From an uncultured Nitrospiraceae bacterium (lineage in GTDB: Bacteria > Nitrospirota > Thermodesulfovibrionia > Thermodesulfovibrionales > Dissulfurispiraceae): a stretch of 64,000 bases of DNA. A program made the translations under genes and the position numbers. The DNA is taken from NCBI GenBank assembly GCA_947085205.1, contig CAMTVO010000014.1, forward strand, positions 32,001 through 96,000, read 5' to 3'. The notes under the pieces were generated by a model. The model worked only from the letters and a program-made list of their open reading frames with translations. It was not told the origin of the DNA and ran no database searches. Shown piece by piece: positions 47,621 to 57,613 of this stretch. Within the stretch, counting starts at the first letter, position 1, and each line of letters starts with the position of its first letter.

Positions 47621-48937
47621 TTAGATATTTATCAGTTTATCGAGCATTTCTTTTGCTGTCGACATGACCATACCATTGGCCTGAAATGCCCTCTGCATCA
47701 TTATCATGGTAATAAACTCCTCTGCTAAATCAATATTGCTCATTTCAAGGGAGTTCGCAAAAACATTTCCCGCGCCTCCGGTTCCAGCCGCTGCAATTGT
47801 CTGCTGCCCGGAGAATGAAGACTCGGCAAACAGATTATCTCCCCTTTTAGTAAGCTCGGTAGGCGCGCCGAATTTTGCAAGCGCGAGTTGGGCAACGGCT
47901 TTATCCTGTCCGTTTGAGTATTTGCCGTAAAGTATGCCGCTCTGAGCCAATCTAAAGCTTACAAGACCGCCCTCAGGATAGCCGTCGACTTTTTGAAATA
48001 CGGTAGAATATGGAGAACCATATTGTGCAGAACCGGTAAAATCTATGGTTACCGGCTGAGAAGTTGCCGCATTCCATGCAGGGTCCCATGTCAGTGTAAC
48101 GCTTGCAGGGGCTGTGGGACTTGTGAGATTGCCGCTTGTATCAAATGCAAGGCTTATTATCTGCTCTCGATAATCGACGATGGTTTTACCGGCATTCCAT
48201 ATTATATGGGCATCCCATGCTGCGCCGACATCAGGGGTAATGCTTGTCTTTTTAAAATATATCTCCACAGGATGGGCATTGCCTGCACTGTCATAAACAC
48301 TCATTGCAGCGCTGTAGTTATAAGTGTTCGCCGCAGGCCCCTTTGTAGTATTTAGAGGGTCCAGAAGGGTTCCAGACGCAAAAATAGGTTCATTCGGGTC
48401 TGCATTTAGGTTCAACTGAATTTCTGCCGCAGATGTTGGCCTGGCATTCATTACAGGAAGTCCCTCGGCATTCAACGGTTGCATCTGTATATCGCCGAGA
48501 GTTTGCGTAATATTGCCTGCGCTGTCTGCCTGATACGCCTGAAGCCTCAACCCGTCAGGGTTTACCAAGTACAATCTCCTATCAAAGCCGAACTGTCCCG
48601 CCCTTGTATAAAATAGATTTCCTGCCGCCCCTGTAACCGCATCGAACTCCCTGACCATAAAAAATCCGTCTCCGTCGATTGCAAAATCGAGCGGATTATT
48701 AGTGGGCTGAAAAGCGCCCTGTGTAAACATGGTTCTCACCTCATTTGGCCTCACGCCTCTTCCCACCTGCCTCGATGCGTCTTCCCCAAGAGATGCGAGC
48801 ACATCGCTGAATAAGGTGCGGCTGCCTTTGAAGCCTATAGTGTTTGTATTGGCTACATTGTTGCCTATAACAGACATGCCGAATGAGGTTGTATTAAGAC
48901 CGCTTACACTTGTGTATATCGCTGATGACAGACTCAA
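47621..48937 (-). CDS. flgE: Flagellar hook protein FlgE (short paralog, TTG start)
   Basis: GNNVANTNTIGFK, YTRAGQF, LEMSNIDLAEEF. Confidence 0.92.
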   Translation of the reverse strand: MSLSSAIYTSVSGLNTTSFGMSVIGNNVANTNTIGFKGSRTLFSDVLASLGEDASRQVGRGVRPNEVRTMFTQGAFQPTNNPLDFAIDGDGFFMVREFDAVTGAAGNLFYTRAGQFGFDRRLYLVNPDGLRLQAYQADSAGNITQTLGDIQMQPLNAEGLPVMNARPTSAAEIQLNLNADPNEPIFASGTLLDPLNTTKGPAANTYNYSAAMSVYDSAGNAHPVEIYFKKTSITPDVGAAWDAHIIWNAGKTIVDYREQIISLAFDTSGNLTSPTAPASVTLTWDPAWNAATSQPVTIDFTGSAQYGSPYSTVFQKVDGYPEGGLVSFRLAQSGILYGKYSNGQDKAVAQLALAKFGAPTELTKRGDNLFAESSFSGQQTIAAAGTGGAGNVFANSLEMSNIDLAEEFITMIMMQRAFQANGMVMSTAKEMLDKLINI

Positions 48938-48948
48938 GATAAACCTCC

Positions 48949-49380
48949 CTAAATTGAGACATCAATTTTTCTAATTTCGTTAAACTTTATTTCCTTAGAA
49001 CCGTTCTTTACGTTTCCATACATATCTCTTTCCTGATAAACGATTGAAAAGGCAGGTTCTCCTTTCATATCTACGCTTACACCTATGACCACGCCCGTAA
49101 CGCCCGTGGTATCAGTTAATTTTTTTCCAAGCAGGTCTAAAGAAAGGTATCTCTCCAGATTTTTGTTCATATTGCCCATCTGCTCAAGACTGCTGAATGT
49201 TGCCAGTTGGGATATGAATTCAGTATCCTTCATCGGATTAAGAGGGTCCTGATTTTTCAACTGGGCTATCAAGAGATTCAAAAAATCATTCTTGCCGAGC
49301 TCATTTTTGGATTTTACTGCATTATTGTCAGTGTAGGTTTTATACGCCGGGTCATTCAAAATTGGTGCTATAGATGCCAT
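48949..49380 (-). CDS. flgD: Hook cap FlgD
   Basis: FLNLLIAQLKNQDPLNP, QLATFSSLEQ. Confidence 0.95.
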   Translation of the reverse strand: MASIAPILNDPAYKTYTDNNAVKSKNELGKNDFLNLLIAQLKNQDPLNPMKDTEFISQLATFSSLEQMGNMNKNLERYLSLDLLGKKLTDTTGVTGVVIGVSVDMKGEPAFSIVYQERDMYGNVKNGSKEIKFNEIRKIDVSI

Positions 49381-49393
49381 AACTTACCTCCTG

Positions 49394-50635
49394 TTATGCA
49401 AAATAATCAAAAAACCGATGTTTCTGCTGTTTATTCTGTTTCTGCTGATGCTGATTTGCATCTTCCTGCTGCTGCCTCTTGCCGCTGTCTGAATAATAAT
49501 CCTCCTTTACATCAACGAAGAAATCGCTAACCTTGATGCCTGAATTCTCAAGAGATGCCTTTATCTGCGGCATAGCTGCTGAAAACAAATCCCTTACAAC
49601 ATTGGAGTCAACCCTGAAATCGGCTCTCAGCACACCGCTATTGTCTATCCTCAGTTTTATCTGTATGCTTCCAAGGTCAGGCGGTTCAAGTCTTATTATT
49701 AAATGCTTGTCTCCTGCGCCGAGCGTCTTCATAATCGGTTCGCTGATTTCGTTCAGTCTGCTTGCATGCACCATTTCCTTTACTACAGTCTCGCCTTTAT
49801 TGCTTGCCGCATGCTGAACATGCGTAACACCGGCAGGCATTTCCTTATTATTATTCCCTGACGAAAAAGACTTCTCTCCTGCATCCATATCCGTTCCGAC
49901 ATCTCCGACTTTCATCACAGCAGCATTATTTTCAGCCCCTATGGATACCTTAATCTGCATCTTCAAATCCTTATCGCCTCCTTCGATGTTAGACAAAGGC
50001 GCAGCAACCTTAAACTGCTTTAATTGTTCAACTGCAGCATTATTTGCAATGCCGTCTTTAGACAAGCCTCTAATTTCCTGAATATTATTTTTTAAAGAAC
50101 TGACTTGATCTTCAACAAAAGAGGTTTTAAAGTCTTGCAACAAATAATTTCCGTTGCCATTTGCATGCACCTTCCCCTTACCCACCTCCCCTTGAGGGAA
50201 GGGGATTATATGTGCACCCTCTCCCCTTGCGGGAGAGGGTGTGGGGGAGGAGGCAGACTGCCTGCTGTCATTGCTAAAAACTAAGGGCTGCGGCAGTATC
50301 GCAGTCTGTGCGTTCAGCGCAGAAGCCGTCATCTGCTGAATGATACTCATAATGTTTTCATCCGTTAAACTCTGACCGCTGCTCTCCACTGACATGCCTT
50401 TCAGGAATTCGCTGCCGTTAACCGGCTGCCCGTCTTTATTTGCGAACAAACCGCTGTCAGCGCTCATCATTGCATTATTAAGTCCCGAAAATATTGCGGC
50501 AAGAATCGCTATAAAGCTTCCGGCTTCCGCTAAATTTTGTCCGTCCTGCATATTCTGGGGAAAAATCGAACCGGATTTCACATTGCCGGCTGCATTAACT
50601 GAATTCATATTTACCTGAAACAGATTATTAAGCAT
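49394..50635 (-). CDS. fliK: Hook-length control protein FliK
   Basis: IRLEPPDLGSIQI C-terminal domain; located upstream of flgD. Confidence 0.88.
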   Translation of the reverse strand: MLNNLFQVNMNSVNAAGNVKSGSIFPQNMQDGQNLAEAGSFIAILAAIFSGLNNAMMSADSGLFANKDGQPVNGSEFLKGMSVESSGQSLTDENIMSIIQQMTASALNAQTAILPQPLVFSNDSRQSASSPTPSPARGEGAHIIPFPQGEVGKGKVHANGNGNYLLQDFKTSFVEDQVSSLKNNIQEIRGLSKDGIANNAAVEQLKQFKVAAPLSNIEGGDKDLKMQIKVSIGAENNAAVMKVGDVGTDMDAGEKSFSSGNNNKEMPAGVTHVQHAASNKGETVVKEMVHASRLNEISEPIMKTLGAGDKHLIIRLEPPDLGSIQIKLRIDNSGVLRADFRVDSNVVRDLFSAAMPQIKASLENSGIKVSDFFVDVKEDYYSDSGKRQQQEDANQHQQKQNKQQKHRFFDYFA

Positions 50636-50668
50636 CCAGAACCCTCCAGATAGATTTGGAAAGTAATA

Positions 50669-50684
50669 CGCAATAGATATGCCA
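50669..50684 (-). promoter_or_regulatory. Sigma54 promoter for fliK
   Basis: TGGCAT-ATCTA-TTGCG. Confidence 0.85.
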
Positions 50685-50943
50685 AGATTGCGTAAAGCGT
50701 AAAGTATTAACCCGAAAAATGCAATTGAACGCTAATCATGAGCAGGCATGGGCGGATAAAAGGCTTTACCATCGCCACCTTAATTGCTTCAGACTGGATT
50801 GTCCGGTCAATCCCCCGGTCAAGCCGGAGGAGGACAATGACAGACTTACAGGGGTATCCTAAAATTTGTCATTCCCCGACCCCTCCCCCCTGACTTGATC
50901 AGGGGAAGGGGGTGCATTTTGGGGATTACTGGGAAGTTTTTTC

Positions 50944-51477
50944 CTACTGGGAAGTTTTTTCCTGCAGAACTTTCCCTTTTATAAGGAGCTTTTTTGAAAG
51001 TGATGCAGCTATGTCGCTTTCAATTTGGGCGAGTATCTTGCCTGCAATTTTAGGTTTGAGGGAATTAAGTATTATTACCGCTGTATCTTCGTCGAGTTTC
51101 TCTAATCTTCTTGCAGCCTCTTCAGACGGCATCGACTCGTACATCTTTGCAACTTTGAGCAGGCCTTCCTGAATCTTAATATCTAAAGCCTTCTGCGCTT
51201 CTTCTATCTCCTTTTTCAGTTTTTTATATTCCTCGATTTTCTTTTGAATGTCATCCCTGAGCACCTTCAGTCTTTCCTCCTCCAGAGACTTCTGCGGAAA
51301 TTGTATGGTTTGTTGCTGCTGCTTTTGCTGAGGAGGCTGCTGAGCATGAACCAAAGAGTGAAGAGTGAACAGTGAAAAGTGAAGAGTGAACAAAAAAATA
51401 ATAATGGATAACGAGCAAGAATCGCCGAGTCTATCCAGGAAATTAGAAATATGTTTACTCCTCAACTCATAACTCAT
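50944..51477 (-). CDS. MotE/FlbB/YlxF-like protein (MgtE N-terminal-like domain)
   Basis: Signal or TM segment, coiled coil, KMYESMPSEEAARRL...KIAGKIL; follows fliJ. Confidence 0.75.
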   Translation of the reverse strand: MSYELRSKHISNFLDRLGDSCSLSIIIFLFTLHFSLFTLHSLVHAQQPPQQKQQQQTIQFPQKSLEEERLKVLRDDIQKKIEEYKKLKKEIEEAQKALDIKIQEGLLKVAKMYESMPSEEAARRLEKLDEDTAVIILNSLKPKIAGKILAQIESDIAASLSKKLLIKGKVLQEKTSQ

Positions 51478-51914
51478 AACTGCCTCTTTCTATGGTGTCC
51501 TGTAGCAGCATGCTCGTCTGTCCTTATCTGCTCCTTCCTCTTAGACTCTTTTTTAGACGCAGACTTTTGTTTTTCATCAAGCTTCTCGAATATCTTTTTC
51601 TCTTTTGATGCCTCAACCAGATGCTTCCTTGCATTCTCTACCTGTTTCTCTTTTTCTGAAATAACCTTTTTCTGATGCTGTATCTTAATCAATAAATGTT
51701 CCAGATATTCGCTCAGCTTTTTTATCTCTTCAATATTAACCAACTCATCAGTGCTGCACTCTAATTTTTTGCCGGTTAAATTGTACTTATCTTCCAAGTC
51801 ATAAAGCCTTTTTTCTTCTGCTGCAAGCTCTTTGAGGAGTATTGCAAAGCGGTTTTTTGCCTCATCCTCCTTCCACCTCTTGAGGTTTAAAAGACTTTTA
51901 AGCGGAGTCCGCAT
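51474..51914 (-). CDS. fliJ: Export chaperone FliJ
   Basis: LKSLLNLKRWKED, KIFEKL, EQIRTDE; start set at the ATG at 51914. Confidence 0.85.
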   Translation of the reverse strand: MRTPLKSLLNLKRWKEDEAKNRFAILLKELAAEEKRLYDLEDKYNLTGKKLECSTDELVNIEEIKKLSEYLEHLLIKIQHQKKVISEKEKQVENARKHLVEASKEKKIFEKLDEKQKSASKKESKRKEQIRTDEHAATGHHRKRQL

Positions 51915-53238
51915 ATATTTTATACAACTCATTTAATCCATCTTCAAAGGTAACCCTGTTTTCTATGTCCTGTTTCAGAAATGACCTTATCCTGTCCATC
52001 ATCTTTATTGCATAATCGAGTTTCGGATTCGTGCCTTCTTTGTATGCGCCTATGGTAATAACATCCTCATATCTCTTATAAATCGCCATTATGTCGAGCG
52101 TCTTTTCGACATGCGTCTTATGCCTGTCGTCGGTTATATCCTTCATTAATCTGCTTATGCTCTGAAGCACATCTATTGCAGGATAGTGGTTGTGATTCGC
52201 AAGCTCTCTCGACAAAACTATGTGTCCGTCTAAAACAGACCTCGCCGCATCTGCAATAGGCTCATTCATGTCGTCGCCTTCGACAAGAACTGTATAAAGT
52301 CCTGTAATTGTGCCTTCTCTATCGCAGGTGCCGGCCCTCTCAAGGAGTTTTGGAAGCAGATTAAAAACCGACGGAGGATAGCCCTTTGTCGTAGGCGGCT
52401 CTCCTGTTGCAAGACCTATCTCTCTCTGCGCCATCGCAAACCTTGTGAGAGAATCCATCATAAAAAGAACGTTTCTTCCGTGAGACCTGAAATATTCGGC
52501 AATTGCAGTGGCGACAAACGCTCCTCTTATCCTTATCAGCGGCGAGGTATCCGACGTGGCGACAACGATTACAGACCTTCTGAGTCCTTCATCACCGAGG
52601 TCTTTTTCTATAAATTCCCTTACCTCCCTGCCTCTTTCGCCTATAAGCGCTATAACATTGACATCAGCAGTGGTATTCCTTGCCATCATACCTAACAGGA
52701 CGCTCTTGCCGATGCCGCTTCCTGCCATTATGCCTATCCTCTGACCTTTGCCGCAGGTTAGCATCGTATTGACAGCCTTTATTCCGAGGTCGAGAGGTTC
52801 TGAAATGCGACGCCTGTACAATGGGTTGATAGGCTCATTGTATATGGGATAAAGCTGCCCTGTTATATAACCTTTGCCGTCTATAGGATTGCCCAGGCCG
52901 TCAAGAATCCTTCCTAAAAGCCTCTCGCCGACCCTTACATATCGCTGCCTTCCTTTTGCTATTATTCTTGAGCCGGGGCCGATACCCCTGATATCTCCGA
53001 GGGGCATCAAAAGTATCTTGTCCTCTTTAAAACCTACAACTTCTGCCTCAATAAATTCGGAGTTCAGAGTTTGAAGTTCTGTCTGGATAAGGCATACATC
53101 GCCTATATTCGCACGGGGACCAAGTCCCTCAATAACAAGACCGACCCCTTTGTTTACCCTTCCATAAACCTTGACAGGGTCGGTCTCCCTTATAAACTCT
53201 CTACACTTCTCTATCAGTTGCTGTGCTGAGTGCATCAT
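51898..53238 (-). CDS. fliI: Export ATPase FliI
   Basis: AGSGIGKS, IGERGREV, DSLTRFAMAQRE. Confidence 0.97.
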   Translation of the reverse strand: MMHSAQQLIEKCREFIRETDPVKVYGRVNKGVGLVIEGLGPRANIGDVCLIQTELQTLNSEFIEAEVVGFKEDKILLMPLGDIRGIGPGSRIIAKGRQRYVRVGERLLGRILDGLGNPIDGKGYITGQLYPIYNEPINPLYRRRISEPLDLGIKAVNTMLTCGKGQRIGIMAGSGIGKSVLLGMMARNTTADVNVIALIGERGREVREFIEKDLGDEGLRRSVIVVATSDTSPLIRIRGAFVATAIAEYFRSHGRNVLFMMDSLTRFAMAQREIGLATGEPPTTKGYPPSVFNLLPKLLERAGTCDREGTITGLYTVLVEGDDMNEPIADAARSVLDGHIVLSRELANHNHYPAIDVLQSISRLMKDITDDRHKTHVEKTLDIMAIYKRYEDVITIGAYKEGTNPKLDYAIKMMDRIRSFLKQDIENRVTFEDGLNELYKIYADSA

Positions 53239-53851
53239 AGACTTCCTTTATCTGTTCTTCTATCCGCGCATCTACTTCACCGGTACGTGTTTCTATATAA
53301 CAGCCGCCGGGAGGGATTGTCGTCTGCGGCTCTACAGCGATATTCTTCAAGCCGGATTGTTCCTTTAATAAATTCATATTTGCAATGATAACTTCATAAT
53401 CGAGCGGATTTACCTTTATGACTATACTCTCCTCGCTCTCCTCAACCTTTTTTATTGCATCCCGCGCTATATACATAACAATGTTTTTATCAAGCTCTAC
53501 TTCTTTGTGGATAATCTTTCTTGCAATTTCCATCGAGAGGTCTATAATCTGAGACAACAGTTCGTTAAGTCTCTTCGTCTTAAATCCCTCCAGTTCCTTA
53601 ATAATCCCCTCAATGCGTTTGATCTTCAACGCGCTCTCTTTTTCGCCGTCATTTGTTCCCTTTTCGTAGCCTGAGGCATATCCCTTTTCATAGCCTTCGT
53701 TCTCGAATATCTTTACTTTCGCCTGAATGTCCTCTTCTTTTATTTCCTGCTTCCTGATGACATTTTTATGTGATAAGTCCTCTTCAAACTGTACAGGCTT
53801 GTAAGGTTGAACAGAATCTATGCCGTTGTTAGACGATGACTTCTTCTCCAC
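53201..53851 (-). CDS. fliH: FliH
   Basis: GxxxG repeats (GYEKGYASGYEKG), VNPLD, GGCYIET. Confidence 0.9.
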   Translation of the reverse strand: MEKKSSSNNGIDSVQPYKPVQFEEDLSHKNVIRKQEIKEEDIQAKVKIFENEGYEKGYASGYEKGTNDGEKESALKIKRIEGIIKELEGFKTKRLNELLSQIIDLSMEIARKIIHKEVELDKNIVMYIARDAIKKVEESEESIVIKVNPLDYEVIIANMNLLKEQSGLKNIAVEPQTTIPPGGCYIETRTGEVDARIEEQIKEVYDALSTATDREV

Positions 53852-54809
53852 CCTTGCCCCCTATGACAATCTTGCCCTCTTCTTCGAGTCTCCTCGCCAC
53901 CCTCACTATATTCATCTGAGCCTTCTCAACATCGGAAACCCTCACAGCGCCTTTTGACTCCATCTCTTCTTTCAATATCAGGACCGCCCTCTGGGACATA
54001 TTTTTGAATATCTTTGCTTTAAGTTCATCGGATGCCATCTTCAATGCGAGCGCAAGGTCGTCGGTAGTTATCTCCTTAAGCACCATCTGTATACCCCTGT
54101 CGTCGATATGGATGAGGTCGTCAAAGGTGAACATGAGTTTTCTTATCTCGTCGGCAAGTATCTGGTCTTTTTCTTCTATGTTTTTCAATATCAAGTCTTC
54201 GGATGACCTGTCCATCTGGTTCAGTATTTCGGCTACTGTTCTGATTCCGCCGATCTTTCTGCCCTTTGTATAGCTCTGAAGTTGCGACTGGAGGACATCT
54301 TCCAGCTCTCCTAATATTGCCGGAGAAATCTGGTCGAGGCTCGCTATCCGCAATGAAACGTCTATTTTGATATGCTCAGGGAGCTTTGCAAGCACCTCCG
54401 CACCCTGAGTAGGTTCGAGATGCGCAAGGACAATGGCGATAGTCTGGGGATGTTCCCGGGTAAGCATACTGGCTACAGCACCTGAATCGAGCCACCTCAG
54501 TATGTCGAATGCGCTTGCGCCGCTCTCTATCTTATCCATTAATTTTTTTGCCTGATCCTCGCCAAAAGCCTTCATCAGTATTTTCTTAATGTACTCCTCG
54601 TCCACTGCGAGCATGGCGGTTTCTGCTTTATCATAAAAATCCTTAACCACTACCTTTGCCTCATCCGGAGAAAGCTTTACCTTTGCCATCATAGGAACAA
54701 TCCTTGCTAATTCAAGTGGGTCAAAATGTTTGAAGATTTGTGTAGCAGCTTCTTCTCCTATTACGGAAAGAAATGCAGCAACCTTTTCCACGCCGCTGAG
54801 CTTTCTCAT
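53829..54809 (-). CDS. fliG: FliG
   Basis: EHPQ, MFTFDDL, NMSQRA. Confidence 0.97.
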   Translation of the reverse strand: MRKLSGVEKVAAFLSVIGEEAATQIFKHFDPLELARIVPMMAKVKLSPDEAKVVVKDFYDKAETAMLAVDEEYIKKILMKAFGEDQAKKLMDKIESGASAFDILRWLDSGAVASMLTREHPQTIAIVLAHLEPTQGAEVLAKLPEHIKIDVSLRIASLDQISPAILGELEDVLQSQLQSYTKGRKIGGIRTVAEILNQMDRSSEDLILKNIEEKDQILADEIRKLMFTFDDLIHIDDRGIQMVLKEITTDDLALALKMASDELKAKIFKNMSQRAVLILKEEMESKGAVRVSDVEKAQMNIVRVARRLEEEGKIVIGGKGGEEVIV

Positions 54810-54813
54810 TGCG

Positions 54814-56331
54814 CTATTCCGACAACCACTCCTTCAGTATCATTGAAGCGCGTCTGGGGTCTTTCTTCACCATCATAAGCACATCTTCCTTCATGACCTC
54901 TTCAGGCGCTATTTCGGCGCCGGGCGCCGGAAAAGGCGCGGCAGGCATGCCCCCTTCCGGCATTTTCCTTACTATAGGAGCCTTCAGCGCCTCTATAATA
55001 GGCTTGATTACAAAAAGGATAAGAAGCGCTATCGCAACGAGAGGTATAATGTATTTCAACAAAGACATTGCAAGCTTTATGAAATCTATCTTCTCAGGAG
55101 GAAACTCTTCAATGGCTGTTTCAAAAGGAACGTTCTCGATAATCACCAGATCACCTCTTTCCTTATTATAGCCTATAGCAGCCATGACTATCTCTTTATA
55201 CTTTTTAATGTCTTCCTCTGTTCTCGCTACATAAACTTTCTTGTCCTTTTCTTTCTTGTATGTGCCGTCAACAAGAACCGCGACAGAAATACTCTTAACC
55301 TCGCCCCTCGGCTGTATTATCTTACTGACGCTCCTGCTGACCTCATAATTTATGTTTTCGGACTGTTTTTGGGATGATGAAGGAAAACCTGCCGCCTGTG
55401 CCGGCTGCTGTCCGGGCTGATTCGAAAGCACGCCGGGAATGCCGCCGGTTACAGCGCCTGTCGATTTTTCCTGAGTCCGCTGTTCGCTCCTGACCGCAAT
55501 GGTATCTGGGTCGAACTTCTCTTCTGTCTTTTCGACCCGTGTAAAATCTATCTTTGCGGCAACCCTGACAATAGCCTTTCCTCTGCCTATAATGCCCTCA
55601 AGCATGCTCTGGAGTTTGCTTTCATAGTCTCTGTCGACGGATTTCTGGTATTCTATCTGTTTTGAATCCGCAATAACATCCGTATCAGAAGGCCTTGAAA
55701 GTAGGTTTCCCATGTTATCTATAACAGTCACATTCTGGGGCTGCATGCCCTGAACGCTGCTGGATACAAGATGGACAATGCCTCCTATCTGTCCTTGATT
55801 CAATACCCTCCCGGGCCTGAGCTTCAAAACAACCGAGGCCGTAGGCTTGTCCTCTTTCTCTGTAAAGATTGTCTTTTCGGGAATGGCGATATGAACCCTC
55901 GCCTGTTCGACTTCAGAAAGCTGCCTTATCGTCCTCGTCAGCTCCCCTTGAATCGCCCTGATGTAATTCAATCTCTGGACGAATTCCGTAATGCCTATCT
56001 GTGTCTTATCAAATATCTCAAAACCGACCCCTCCGCCCTGCGGAATGCCCTGAGCGGCTAATTCGAGCCTCAGTTCATAAACCTTATTGCTCGGCACATA
56101 AATAATATTGCCCTCCACTTTATAAGGAACCTTCATCTCTTTTAATTTTGCAATTACCTGTCCTGCATCCTCCTGCGACAGGGCGCTGTAAAGCGCCCGG
56201 TAATCAACTCTTTCACTCCAGAGCATTATTCCCGCCATGAGGGCAAAGCTCAATAATATGACAAAGACAAGAGAGAGCTTCCTTTTTAAAGGCCATGCCT
56301 TCAACTGTTCAATCATGTCTGCTAATGCCAT
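54814..56331 (-). CDS. fliF: MS-ring protein FliF
   Basis: VGFEIFD, RAIQGELTRTI, ARVHIAIP. Confidence 0.97.
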   Translation of the reverse strand: MALADMIEQLKAWPLKRKLSLVFVILLSFALMAGIMLWSERVDYRALYSALSQEDAGQVIAKLKEMKVPYKVEGNIIYVPSNKVYELRLELAAQGIPQGGGVGFEIFDKTQIGITEFVQRLNYIRAIQGELTRTIRQLSEVEQARVHIAIPEKTIFTEKEDKPTASVVLKLRPGRVLNQGQIGGIVHLVSSSVQGMQPQNVTVIDNMGNLLSRPSDTDVIADSKQIEYQKSVDRDYESKLQSMLEGIIGRGKAIVRVAAKIDFTRVEKTEEKFDPDTIAVRSEQRTQEKSTGAVTGGIPGVLSNQPGQQPAQAAGFPSSSQKQSENINYEVSRSVSKIIQPRGEVKSISVAVLVDGTYKKEKDKKVYVARTEEDIKKYKEIVMAAIGYNKERGDLVIIENVPFETAIEEFPPEKIDFIKLAMSLLKYIIPLVAIALLILFVIKPIIEALKAPIVRKMPEGGMPAAPFPAPGAEIAPEEVMKEDVLMMVKKDPRRASMILKEWLSE

Positions 56332-56335
56332 TATC

Positions 56336-56629
56336 TTATACCTGCATCCTCATTATTTCTTCGTAGGCAGTGAGCAGCTTGTTTCTCACCTGAAGCAGGG
56401 TCTGCAATGATACATCAGCCTTTTCCATCTCAATCACTACTGTATGAATGTCCTTTACCTCTCCCTTTGCAAAATTATGAATAGCCTTTTCAGCCTCGTT
56501 CTGTATCTCTGATACCTCTTTCAATGCGCCTTTAATCGCATCCTCAAAGGACGCGCCGCTTTTACCGGCTGCTTTTGAAGACTGTGCGATGCCCTGAGTT
56601 ATATCCCCTATTTTCTTTATATCGTCCAT
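56336..56629 (-). CDS. fliE: FliE
   Basis: VRNKLLTAYEEIMRMQV. Confidence 0.96.
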   Translation of the reverse strand: MDDIKKIGDITQGIAQSSKAAGKSGASFEDAIKGALKEVSEIQNEAEKAIHNFAKGEVKDIHTVVIEMEKADVSLQTLLQVRNKLLTAYEEIMRMQV

Positions 56630-56647
56630 AATAACACCTCCCTAAAA

Positions 56648-56727
56648 CGTGATGTGTGAAGCGTAATCCGTGATGAGTTAAAGTAATAAATTTTTTACTC
56701 ATTACTAATCACGCATTACGGATTACG
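56648..56727. repeat. Inverted CGTRATG / CATTACG array pair between flgC and fliE
   Basis: cgtgatgtgtgaagcgtaatccgtgatg ... ttactcattactaatcacgcattacggattacg. Confidence 0.85.
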
Positions 56728-56729
56728 AT

Positions 56730-57137
56730 TTACACTTTCGTTATTTCCAGTGTCTTCATAAACATTTCTTTATACGAATTAATAATGGTTAAGTTAGCTT
56801 CATACGCCCTTGTGGCGGCTATAAGGTTAACGGTTTCCTCTATTGTGTTGATATTCGGATAACTGACATATCCGTTTTTATCCGCGTCGGGATGCGACGG
56901 GTCATGGACCATCCTAAAAGGCCTTTGGTCCTCTACAATCTTAGGTATATTGACGCCTACGGCACTCTCGTTAAATAAGTACGACTCAAAAACCACATCC
57001 TTTCTCCTGTAAGGCCCGCCTTCAGGAGTCCGCGTGGAGTTTACATTGGCGATGTTTGAAGCTATGACATTCATTCTTATCTTCTGAGCCTCGAGGGCTG
57101 TTGCGCTAATCTTCAGTGGCATAAACATTTCCTTCAT
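56730..57137 (-). CDS. flgC: Rod protein FlgC
   Basis: NIANVNSTR, GGPYRRK, DPSHPDAD, RAYEAN; GGAGG lies upstream of 57137. Confidence 0.96.
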   Translation of the reverse strand: MKEMFMPLKISATALEAQKIRMNVIASNIANVNSTRTPEGGPYRRKDVVFESYLFNESAVGVNIPKIVEDQRPFRMVHDPSHPDADKNGYVSYPNINTIEETVNLIAATRAYEANLTIINSYKEMFMKTLEITKV

Positions 57138-57180
57138 AACAACCTCCATCTGTGTTTTTAACTTAATACTCCAATCCTTC

Positions 57181-57528
57181 TTACCTGCCTCCTTTTATCA
57201 CATCCTTAATCATCCTCATTTTCTTTGTCATCAACTGGGTTGCGGCATTGTATATTAATGTATTTTCCGCAACCTTTGCCATCTCAATGTCAAGATTTAC
57301 GGTATTTCCGTCCCTGTTGGGCATGGTAGTAACAGTTTCGTAAATTTCATAGTCATGCCCTTTGCCTATTGCCTCCTCTACAGCTTTGTTAAGCTCTCTC
57401 TGAAAAGATATATCCTTTGCTTTATACCCAGGCGTGTCGGCATTGGCTATATTTGATGCAAGCACCTTCTGTCTGAATGCCGCCACATCCATCATCTTTT
57501 CAAGAACCTTCATGGTATTGTCAGGCAT
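57181..57528 (-). CDS. flgB: Rod protein FlgB
   Basis: NIANADTPGYK, DGNTVNLDIE; exact start uncertain (57528 or 57513). Confidence 0.93.
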   Translation of the reverse strand: MPDNTMKVLEKMMDVAAFRQKVLASNIANADTPGYKAKDISFQRELNKAVEEAIGKGHDYEIYETVTTMPNRDGNTVNLDIEMAKVAENTLIYNAATQLMTKKMRMIKDVIKGGR

Positions 57529-57540
57529 ATGACCCTCCTG

Positions 57541-57556
57541 TGCAATTTTCATTCCA
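57541..57556 (-). promoter_or_regulatory. Sigma54 promoter for flgB
   Basis: TGGAAT-GAAAA-TTGCA. Confidence 0.7.
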
Positions 57557-57613
57557 GATTTACCTTTTGTAACCGTTCACCAGCCTCACCTGAAATGGCA
57601 TAGTAAACGCTTA

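Noticed and set aside
50794..50930. Autonomous IS element upstream of fliK
   Set aside because: It is too short and has no transposase ORF; reported only as miniature palindromes.
57529..57552. Longer flgB start given by the ORF track
   Set aside because: It overlaps the sigma54 promoter, so a downstream ATG is more plausible. Starts were also trimmed for fliQ, fliJ, cheY, flgC, fleS and the activator gene.
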